Below, one piece after another: positions 35,401 through 47,400 of a stretch of DNA of 60,000 nucleotides. Source of the stretch: Lytechinus pictus (lineage: Eukaryota); the NCBI RefSeq assembly GCF_037042905.1, contig NC_087245.1:7008001-7068000 (forward strand), written 5' to 3'. The position numbers were made by a program, and so were the translations under genes. Each line of letters starts with the position of its first letter. Position 1 is the stretch's first letter. The notes beneath the pieces are model-generated. The model saw nothing but the letters and a program-made list of their open reading frames with translations. It made no database searches and had not been told where the DNA came from.

Positions 35401-38400
35401 AAATGCTGTTTTGAAGAACAATTTATAGATAAAAATTCTTATTTAACAAAAACTAAAATTTAATATGTTATTATGAATAATTATTATTATTACAATTATT
35501 TATAATACGTGATAATGAATAATTATAATAATTATTCATAATCACATATTGAATTTTACTATTTGTTGAATAATAATTTTTGTCTATAAATTGATCTTCA
35601 AAACAGCATTTTGTAACATCGCTAATCGAAGGTACGTCCTTACTAGAAACATGATTAGAATCATAAACGCTAATCACAGTCACGAGTACAATAGCAATCA
35701 TCATGATTCAAGATTCACATATGAAAAAGGCCCTATGTTACTGAAAAATTTCAGAAATCTTGTCTTGCATCTTGATGGAAAATCTGGCTGCTGTCCAAAC
35801 TAAAAGGTACCACATGTCAAGAATGACATTGTAAGAAAACTTGTGTAAAGTGTGTATAAAATAAAAACGGGATAGATTTGAAAAGTCTATAAAACTTCTG
35901 TTTCAAATTATGATGTCTATATTTTGGTGTTAATATGTGCTCTGAAGTCTTATCTTTCAAATTCCATTAAAAAAAAATTAGTTTCGTTCATGCTTGAGTG
36001 TACACGGAAGGTTCTTGTCTGGGGTTATGCCAAAATGGCATAAAATAATAAATATGATGATCGGACTTCTTGCTAATCAGCAGACTTCCTCTTAACCTTT
36101 TTATTATCTTTGCCATAATTTTCAAATTATGTGGTCTAAATTCATTTACAAATCTATTTATTTGCTTGAATTGTTCTGTTTCTTTTTAATATATGTTCTC
36201 TTTTAGCTTTGAATATTCCTTCAAGCAAAAACAATTTTTTTTCAACCGAAGTATGGGAGTGAGTGTATTTTCAAATCCTTTCATTCTATGCTACAAAGGT
36301 TATGGTGCCTTTTGAACAGTGGCATACAGATGGGCGGGGGCTCAGGGATGCTCTCCCCTCAAATGACCAAGAAAAAAGTGGAAAGGAAATAAAAGGAAAG
36401 ATAGAAAGTAAAATATGATATTATTTTCTGAATATTATGTCAAAATCTATCACAGCGGTGGCGTCAAAACCAAATCTTAACCGAAGGTTAAGTTTTTGAA
36501 ATGACAGCATAACTTAGAAAGTATATGGACCTAGTTCATGAAAATTGGCCATAAGGTTAATCAAATATTACTAAACATCCTGCCCGAGTTTCGGGTCACA
36601 TGACCAAGGTCAAAGGTCATTTAGGGTCGATGAACTTAGACCATGTTGGGGGAATCAACATCAGAATCTTAATCTAAGGTTAAGTTTTTGAAATGTCATA
36701 ACTTAAAAAAATATATGGACCTAGTTCATGAAACTTGGACATAAGGTTAATCAAGTATTACTGAACATCCCGCTTGAGTTTCAAGTCACATGACCAAGGT
36801 CAACGGTCATTTAGGGTCAATGAACTTTGGCCAAGTTGGGGGTATCTGTTGAATTACCATCATAACTTTGAAATTTTATGGATTTTATTCATGAAACTTG
36901 GACATAAGAGTAGTCAAGTATCACTGAATATCCTGTGGGAGTTTCAGGTCACATGATCAAGGTCAAAGGTCAAAGAACGTTGGCCAAGATGGGGGTATTT
37001 GTTGAATTACCATCATAACTTTGAAATTTTATGGATTTTATTAATGAAACTTTGACATAAGAGTAATCAAGTATCATTGAACATCCTGTGCGAGTTTCAG
37101 GTCACATGACCAAGGTCAAACGTCAATGAACTTTGGCCATGTTGGGGGTATCTGTTGAATTACCATCATAACTTTGAAAGTTTATGGATCTGATTCATGA
37201 AACTTGGACATAAGAGTAATTAAGTATCATTGAACATCCTGTGCGAGTTTCAGGTCACATGACTGATGTCAAAGGTCATTTAAGGTCATTGAACTTTGGC
37301 CCTTTTAGAGGTAATTATTAGATTGCTGTCATAACTTTCAAAGTTTATAGATATAGTTTTATAAAATGTGGATATAGGGGTAATCAAGTATCACTAACAA
37401 GTCTTAGGTCGCATGATCAAGGTCAAATCTCATTTATTGTCAATGAACGTGGTATTGTATCATTATGAATGGTGTTTTTTGTGAATAATTGTTTTATAGT
37501 AGTTTTCAAAATTAGCACTGCTGCTATATTGAATTGTGTGATGCAGGTGAGACTGCTAGAGGCGCTTATTCTTATCATTATTATAAGTAGCAGTATTGCT
37601 ATTATTATTATTATCATTATTATTATATTGATAATAACAGTAGTAGTAGTAAAGTCATTATTATAAAATTGTTGCTTTTATTAATTTTGTGATAATTATT
37701 TTTTTATTAACTGTAAATTCTTGTCATTGTATCTTGGGAAAGAGCAAACTACATGTACATGTAGAATTTGAAGAGAAAAAAACTTGAATGTTTATACACT
37801 ATATAGCTGTCAGTGTCACAGTAATTAGGCCTAATGTATTTAAAATGACCTTTGATATTGGCAGCAAGGAGAATGAATAGGCCTGTATGACTTGTATTTG
37901 CTTTGTAGTATATCTACATGTAGGCCAACATGTCATCAATATTATTATCTGTTTTTCACTTGAGAAAGATAAGTTCAAATATTTACTTATATATATTTGT
38001 AATCAAACAATGTTTTATCCAATTGGCATGCAGTGTTTAGTTGATAAAAAGTTCGTTCAACTGATATTTCAATATTTGATTACTCATTTCCCAATCTACA
38101 CCACCCGATGATTGAATTACAATATTAAATTGGAGAAATTACTAAACCTGTGGTACTTTTCTTAGAAGATGAACAAATTGATAATACTGTACTTTTACCC
38201 CCCAGATAATGATTTTGACCTACCGATAATATATTGAAGTGAATTTCTTTTTTTTAATCATGATATACATTTCTTTCCAAATTCCTTTCTAAATAGATGG
38301 TCGTCCAAAAGTCCAACGGAGCGAGCAAAGGTGATGAACAAAATAGCTGATCTCATCGAAGAAAATCTTGACGACCTTGCAAAGATGGAGTCAAAGGACC

Positions 38401-41400
38401 AAGGTAAACCTGTCTGGCTGGCAAGGGCGGTAGACATTCCAAGAGCTGTGCACAACTTCCGTTTCTTTGCATCATCTATTCTCCACACCAGGAACAGGTG
38501 GGAAACCAACTTGAGTTATATCAAAAGAAACAATTAAAAATGAGGGGAAGTATAAAATCAATTTTCAACCCCATTCACATTCAGTCTCTTGCAACCATTG
38601 GATGGACAACTTCAAGTTTTTCTCATACAATGGATTTAAAAAAATCAAGGTCAAAGTTCACAGAGGTCATGCAAAATATCTCAAGAGGAATCATTTAAGG
38701 TATCAGTATCAACTTGACAAATTTACATGTGTGCATGTAAAAAAGGAACAATAATAATAAAGCAAGTTATAACTTAGCTGAAAAATCATTTTTCTTGGGA
38801 TAACCAATGAACCATATGAATGATCATCAACTTCAAATTGTGCATGCTTATCTATTATGTTCTTGTAATATAAAAAAAAAACTGTTTGAGGGAACAAATT
38901 AAACTTGAAAAGAACTTTGCACTAGACTTGAAAGTAAAAACCATAGACTACCCCAGTCAACCACTCTCCTCTCATCCTCCACTGCCCCCCACCCTCTCTC
39001 TGCACTGTCCTCCTTTTTCATCCCTTTGGCCCCAGCTCCCCTCTTCTTACCCTATCCTTCACTTCACCCCCCTTTTGCCACCTTCCCTGTTCTCCCTGTC
39101 TCCCATCACCCTCCCCTGTCCTCTTTCCACATCCCCCTCTCCCCCCTCCCATCCTTAAACTTCCCCAGCCCCCTCTCTCCTCGCTCCTTACCCTCCACTA
39201 TCACCCTCCCCTCTTCTCTCCAATCTCTTTGTACCCACCCCCCGGTCCCCTACCTCTATCTCCTCCCCATCTCCTGTCCTTGTCGCCCATCCTATACCCC
39301 TCCCCCCCCACTGCACCTCAACAAGATCCATATTTGTATTTCAATAAAATTCATTTTTAATTCTGTCCTAGTTCTACCATACTTGATGTTGGAGCAACTA
39401 ACTACACCATGCATATGCCTATTGGAGTAGTGGGTTTGATCAGTCCATGGAATCTTCCCCTCTATCTACTGACATTCAAAATTGCACCCTGCATTGCTTA
39501 TGGAAACACCTGTGTTTGTAAGCCCAGCGAGATGACTTCAGTGACCTCATGGATGATTGCCAAACTCTTGGTGAAAGCAGGTTTGTAATTGAAGTCAAAG
39601 GGGTACCTCAGGCTAAAAATAATGTGGTCTAAATAAACAGAGGGGTCCGTATTCTGAGCTCTGGTTTAACTTAACCCTAAATCTCCCGGGGTATTTTTAT
39701 TCTTGTCATTCCGGGGGGGGGGGGGGGCCATTATGGCCCCCCCTTAAGATCTCAGCCACGGATTGCACGATCACAACGAAAATTTGCATGATGGTAGAGA
39801 ATGACGTAATCTACGCAGTTGCATTGGTAAATTTCACTGAATTCATATATTTTTATCTTATATAAATTAATTATGCTAATTTATTCATGAAATCATACTT
39901 TTTGCTCTGATTCACTAAATAAAGCTCCTAGAATGCAATTTTTTGGTGAAAATATTCTTTATAGCATTCCTAACAATTGTGAATTAAAAAATTCTGGTAC
40001 CAAGACCGATTTCTTATGTAATTTATTGTTTTTTTAATTTCTTATGTATTTCTTAGTTTTTTTACTTTGTGTTTTTTTATTGTTTTTTCGATGGAAAACG
40101 TTCCAGACTTTATAATTCTGATCATAAACAAGGCAAAATTAATTAAGTTTAATCAGTAAAAGTAGAAATAATGATACATTTATGAATTTTGGCTAATACA
40201 CAATCTGCATTGGATTTGTACATGAAATAACGTTTATGAGCAATTTGGGGTCTGACATGCACTTACATAATGTTGCGTAATATCATAACCGCGTACCCGG
40301 GCGTCACAAATTTGGTCTCAAAATTTGCGCGAGACTTGAAAGTAAAAAGTCAGTGAGCGGCGAGGTCAAAAAATTTTGCGCAGCAGAATAAGGGTTAAAC
40401 CATGGTCTAAATTTGTGGTTTAACTATTGGAAGCCAAATGTGGCATCCAGGGTCGATTATATAGAGTTGTCTATAATCAATGAATATTGTGTTGTGAGTC
40501 CCATGTATTTGTATTTCTTACATGTATGTACGTCACCACTTATGAGAGATAAAAGTACAATGTCAGTTCTTTATTGACTATGGGGATGTTTCACAAAGCT
40601 ATTCATAAAGTTACACATGACTTTACAAACTACTGGAATATGGAAGTCATGTAGGTTTCTTATTCATTTTGCAACACAAAAACTATAGATACATGTAAGC
40701 TATCGATTCTTGTTCATTCTATTTACGTTATCAATTTTTCTATTGACACACATTGTAAGAGTTGATTTTTAAACTATAGTTGAGGCTATGATGATGATGA
40801 TAATATTAGGGCAAATCCAAGAAATGGTCACCCTAGAAGTCAAAATTTTATCTCTATTTTAAGAAGTTATCTTTGGTTAAATAAAAAAGCCAAAATTTTG
40901 AATTTTAAAATTTCATTAAGAAAAATTTGGTAAGATGCTAATTTATGCAATTGCTAATTTGGGGCACCTAATATGCATAATTGGCAAAATGGGAGTTACG
41001 TATGGGAAAATTATAAAAACTTGTAGAAAATCAAAACAAAACTTGTGAGATTTAATAATAGCTGGGACATGGACCCCAACCTCTTATTACTTTTTTGAGA
41101 AAAAAGTGGTGTCATCAAATTTAAAGGGATGGTCCGGGCTGAAAATATTTATATCTTAATACATAGAGTAGAATTCACTGAGCAAAATGCTGAAAATTTC
41201 ATCAAAATCGGATAACAAATAATAAAGTTATTGAATTTTATATTTTAGCGATATTTTGTGAAAACAGCCATCATGAATATTCATCAGGTGGGCTGATGAT
41301 GTCACATCCCCACTTTCTGTTTTCTTATGTTATTCCATAAATTCATAATTTTTCATTATTTCATACTTGTGTGAATAATATGTCTACCTTATAATGAAAT

Positions 41401-44400
41401 AAGTTGCAGCAATAAATATCTAATGCACTAAATCAGTTGTCAATCCAATTTTTCTAGTTGTTGGATGAAAAAAATTTAATAAACCTAATTTCATATTATA
41501 AAATACAAAAGAACAAGTGGGGATGTGACATCAGCCCACCTAATGAATATTCATGATGACTGTTTTCACAAAATATTGCTAAACTTTAAAATTCAATAAC
41601 TTTGTTATTTGTCAATCGATTTTGATGAAATTTTCGGCATTTTGCTCAGTGAATTCTACTCTATTTATTTAGCTATAAATACTTTCAGCCCGATCCATCC
41701 CTTTAATATCCATATTAGGTCTTGTCCAAAGATGGAATGTCCCATACATAACATTTTGAGGACGTTCTTTTAATTCATTTCCAAGAATACAATACTTGTA
41801 TTGTTTCTTCTCTAGGAAGTTCTAATTTATTGAGTATGAAAGTGATAAACCACAAAAAGTTTCCAAATAAATATTTTATTATTAAATAAAAAGTTAATTG
41901 AAAAAATGTTACGTATGGAATACATGTATTTGTACACAATGTCAATAGTGAAATGAATATGAAATGTGTGTACAAAGTCAGTGGAGAAAAATAGAAAACA
42001 AGAGTGCGCCAAAAAGTGATTTATTCACCTTTTTCTTAGTCTCTAAAGACTGCTTTGTTATAAATATTGATTAATGAACATAATTGAAGTGGAAAAAATA
42101 GTGAAAATTGAAAAATATTAAAAATGAAAAACAATAGAAATACATAAATTCTTGAAACCATGAAAAAACAAGAAAAAAATGTTAAAATGGCTAATATCCT
42201 TTACAGAGAGTCATATCAAATACCATGTATGTCTCTATAGTACATTAAAAAAGAAAAAAAAATCTTTTGTACTTTCTATTTTTGAAATTATTTGAATTTT
42301 TAAAATCATGGAGAAAAGTGTGTACATTCTCTAATGGGGACAAAATGTTCCATACAGAACTGTCCCATATGTAACATGTCATAAATTCTAATATGATCTA
42401 AGTACAGAGGGTTTTGCCTTATGAAACTTGCCTTCAATATACATGTACTTGAGTGTTGTCTTTTAATCACTGAGTTACAAGTTGTCAAATGAAATACTTT
42501 CAGAGAATTCTCAACTTGAAAAAAAAAATGTTAAAAAAATTGTCTTTTCTGCGTCCTATACTTAAAGGACAAGTCCACCCCAACAAAATTTGATTTGAAT
42601 AAAAAGAGAAAAATCCAACAAGCATAACACTGAAAATTTCATCAAAATCAGATGTAAAATAAGAAAGTTATGACATTTTAAAGTTTCGCTTAATTTCACA
42701 AAAGAGTTATATGCACATCTCGGTCAGTATGCAAATGAGGAAAATGATGACATCACTCACTCACTATTTCTTTTGTATTTTATTATGAAATATGAAATAT
42801 TCTAATTTTCTCCTCATTGTCCTGTGACCATTGCTTAACATTTTGTGGTTCAGTCAAGTTGGTTCTTATTGTCAAATCTGCAAAAAGTGAAATAATGTTT
42901 AATTCGAACAATAAAAAACAAAAGAAATAGTGAGTGAGGGACATCATCGATTCTCTCGTTCGCATGTGACTAAATTGTGCAAATAACTATTTTGTGAAAA
43001 ATAAGCGAAACTTTAAAATGTCATAACTTTCTTATTTTACATCTGATTTTGATGAAATTTTCAGCATTATGCTTGTTTGATTTTTCTATATTGATTCAAA
43101 TCAACACTTTTATGAGGTGGACTTGACCTTTAACGGTGCATGTTTTCTCTCTTAACCCTAAAAGGACTGGGGGCCATGATGGCCCCCCCAACGCTTTGCG
43201 CGATATTTCTGTAACGCAAAAAGATAGTGCCACAAAATTTTATGACTTTTTTTTTAAAGTCTCGCACAACTTTTGAGACCAAATTCGCGACATACGGGTA
43301 TACTATCGCGACATCACGTGACTTTTTGCGAGGCAATGTCATGCCGAAAATGGCTAATTTTTATACTTTGTGTACAAAGTCTATGGGAGATGAAATTCAT
43401 AAAAGGGTGATTATTTTTCGTTATAATTGGTCTGCTTAATCAATTTAGGGTTTAATTTAGTTGTTACATGGTCTGTATTAATTTCCATTGAAAAAAACAT
43501 TGAAAAACAAAAGATGAAAGAACAAAGAAATACATGAGAAATTCTAAAAACAAAGAAATACATAAGAAAAAAATAGTTTTTTTTCGTAATTTTTCTTTGT
43601 AAAAACCTTTGTATTAGATAACAAAGATGACATCTGCAAAAAAAGAAGAAAATTTGAAGTGAAATACGGTGTTAAATATGCAAAATATGCAAATAATGCT
43701 TTTCATGAATAAATTTGCGTATTTTATTCATAATAATTAAAAAAAAATATTTTCAAATATTTTTTTATACTAGCTTGTAGTTTATGTGGTAAAGAATGTG
43801 CGTGCCAAATTTTGGCGCGATTGCGCGGACGGCGGCTGAGATCAGAAGGGGGGGCCATCATGGCCCCCCCCGTTCCTAAATAAATCTCAAAGAGCCCAGT
43901 CCTTTTAGGGATAAAGGTCAAGGTCATATGTCACTATTTTTTACATGATTATTCTTCTAGATATCAACCATCATGATGGTATTCAATCAAAGTCCCTTAA
44001 CACTATTTTTCAGGTCATACTGTACCAGCATCTGAAATGGCCCATACGTAACGCGTGCATATTCTTGGACTTGCCCATTATGATAATAATAATGAATAAA
44101 TAAAATAGTTGTATTGATAAATATAATAATAAAACTAATGATAATACCCTTTACAGGCTATATGATCAACTGGTCATTTGATTCTGGCTTGCACGCATAC
44201 AGTGGCGTAACAGGCGGGGGGGGGGGGGGGGAGGGGCAAGCTGCCCCCCCCCCCCGGCATATTTCACTGGGAAAATTAAAAATAAAATAAAAATGGAAAA
44301 GGAAAAAAGGGAGAAAGAGAGGTAAAGGGAAAGAAAAGGAGGCAAAAGAGATAAGGGGGAAAAAGGAAAGGGAAAAAGTGAAAAGAAAACTATGAAAAAA

Positions 44401-47400
44401 ATAAAAAACGGAAGGAAAGCGGGAAAGGGAAGGAAAGAAGAACATGTGAGAAAGAACAAATCATTCCTAAATACATTAGCATGATTAGTGAGAAAAGGAA
44501 GTAAATTAAAAGAGGACAAAATGGCACACAAAAGCGGGAAACGAAGGTAGAATAGATTGAGCCAAAAGCTCTCTTGAAAAATGAAGAAAAGGGACAAGAT
44601 AAAAGAGAGAAGAACTTAAGAACATGACTGCCGAGGGTTGCCGAGGATTGAAAATAAAGAACGGGGAAGCATTGTGTATGAAGTCTGTTATAAACTTGCT
44701 AAATTATATGCAATAATGGTCGCAAGCAGGACAACAAAAAATCCTTAGACAAGGGCTAGACATTTCCCCCTATTATACTTATTATGTCCCTGCCTAAGTA
44801 AAGCTTTACACTGGTAAGAGTTACTGTAAAAAGCCTCTTAGTGCTTACTTTGGCTAAGTCTCCAAAGCTACCGGGGGCTCTGCCCCAGACCCTATGCAGT
44901 AGGGGATCTTCATCTATAACCATCATAGGGCTCTATAACGGGCCCCTGTATGTACCCTTCCTGCATTAAGCTTTACGTTGAGCACTTGCGTATGGGGGGG
45001 GGGGGGGCTTGGTTTCACAGCCAAGGGGAAATAAAAGAAAATAAAGGAGGCAACAAAATGAAATGAATGGAAAACTATGAAATATGTTATTTGCTGAATA
45101 TATTGTAAAAATCTATCACATAATTCGCTGGAAACTTTTTAAAACAATTTTCCCACATTTGCTATGTTGCCCCCCTCTGGTGAGTTAATGTGTTGTGTAG
45201 AACTATATATATACCCACAATTTGATTAAAAATAGCAGACATTTGTAAGGCTTCAAAATCAAAAGGTTCCGCCCCCAAACCCCACCTGCATAGCAGTGGT
45301 GTACAGATGGAAGGGTTTGGGCCATGGCCCCTAAAAGTTCTACAACCAAGAACAAAAAAATGGAAAAGTGTAAGATATGATGTTATTTTCTGAATAAAAT
45401 ATCAAAATCCATCTCAAAGTTAGATTCTCAAAGAGGTGATTTTTTCTCACTCGCTTTGCTCGCTCGGGACTTATATTAAGCAACTTTTGCCACAAACGCC
45501 ATACTGTGCCCCGTCTTTTTTTACTCATTATGCTACTGCCGCATAAAGCTTTGCCCTAATGCTTGGGCACAATCATTTAATAAATCCTGTTCACAGTGGT
45601 GTATACACCAAAAGGAAAGAGAGAAGGGTGAATTATAATATTTTCTGAATATTATGTCAAAATCTATCACAAAATTTGATTTTTGTACTACTAATGTCAA
45701 AATTTTTGCTTGCTTGCTTCGTTCACTCGCAACTTAAAAAAAAAAAATTCTGCCCTTTACGCCATATCTGGCCCCGCAACTGTTTTTGCCTCATTATGGC
45801 CACTGCCCTTTTCATACCATGATATATCCGGGAAAATTTGGGCTCTTGCCCCCCCCCCCCTCGGCCACCGACCCCTGTTACGCCCCTGCACGCATACAAA
45901 GTATGCACTTTCTCCTCTCCCATGGGAACAGAAGAAAGGTCATGCTTCGTTAAAACTTTTACTGACATTTGAGTGCCGCATGAGCCAGTAATTGTTAAAC
46001 CATGCATGTAGCTTGAATCATTGCTTTATGAAACACCCCGTTGAAGCTTGTTACTATGCGAGGAATCAACTAGAATATTGTATGAATAATAAGAGTTTTC
46101 TTCCTTATCTTTATTATTAATTAGGTCTACCGAACGGTGTCGTCAACATGGTCTTTGGTGATGGACCTGAAGCAGGGTCAGCAATCGTTGAACATCCTGA
46201 TGTTCCTCTTGTTTCCTTCACTGGTGGTACTGAAACAGGAAAGAAGATTATGGCCCTAGCCTCACCCCTCTGTAAAAAATTATCTCTTGAGGTATACAAC
46301 TGTGTGATAATGCATAGTCCACAGACTTTCCTTAAAAAATAATCATGTATACATCTATTCTGCTTTGTACAGGTGTTCTTACAATTGATCTTTATCTATT
46401 CACAAATTTACAAACTTACATACTCTTATATGTTTTGTGATCTAGTTTTATTTATTCATTTTTGTTTTGTTTTAGCTTGGAGGTAAGAATGCTGCCTTGG
46501 TGTTTGATGATGTAGATCTTGATGAGGTCATCCCAACAATGGTAAAGTCAGGCTTCATAAACCAGGGTGAAATCTGTCTGTGTATGAGTAGGATCTTTGT
46601 GCAAGAAAACATCTTTGAGAACTTTGTCAACAAATATGTAAATGCTGCAAGGTAAGCCTAATACCGGGGGGGGGGGGGGGGGGCACTCAAATTATATTTT
46701 GATGGGAGTGTGCCTCACGAAACTCTGAAATGGGTGTCTAAGGAACTGACTACAAGGGTAAAATACAGGGTCTTGGGAACTAGATATGTACCGGGCGGTG
46801 TGAAAAACAGGGTCTACCGAACTGGATTGTGGTACATTAGATACGGTGCATGCTAATGCTGTGCATGTATGTGGGCGCTAGCGGTGCATAGAGCTGCTAG
46901 CAGAGGGAGTTGTGAAGCCGTGCGTGCAGCTCTCACATGCGTGCTCGCACTGGACAAATTTGGCAGGGCTTAGGGAACTGAGATGTTTCGTAACGGGGGT
47001 CTTTTATGAATGGAACTTTTGTCATTTGGAGTATCTAGAGAACTGAAAATTAGGTCTGAATAGGGGGTCATCAAAGCAGCACATCCCTGTACCACCAATA
47101 TATGTGAGTGCCCCCCCCCCCGGGCCTAATACTGGTGTATATTATGTAGGAATGTCCTTTCAGACACACGATGATATAGCGCCATCTTGTGGTGGGCTGA
47201 TAGTAGGCAGTGTATGAACATATCTACCCTTTTTGCTGTGTAGTATCACGTTATGATGATTCTCTATAAATGCTGGACTCCTTATATACACTACTCAAAA
47301 AAAGTTAAGGACCACTTTTTAAAACGTACATAAAGATTTTATACAAGGTGTTTTATTTCTGGAAATACCTCAGTACAACTGTCCTAAATGTCCTTAAACA

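Larger units (their letters stand above)
40809..44076. mobile_element. 3.3-kb non-autonomous TIR element with 4-bp TSD (Sola2-like), hosting three nested MITEs
   Basis: atta|gggcaaatccaagaa ... ttcttggacttgccc|atta. Confidence 0.65.

Noticed and set aside
38886..39430. Pro/Ser/Leu-rich ORFs (also the Phe-rich ORFs at 44158-44597)
   Set aside because: They arise from low-complexity pyrimidine or purine tracts.
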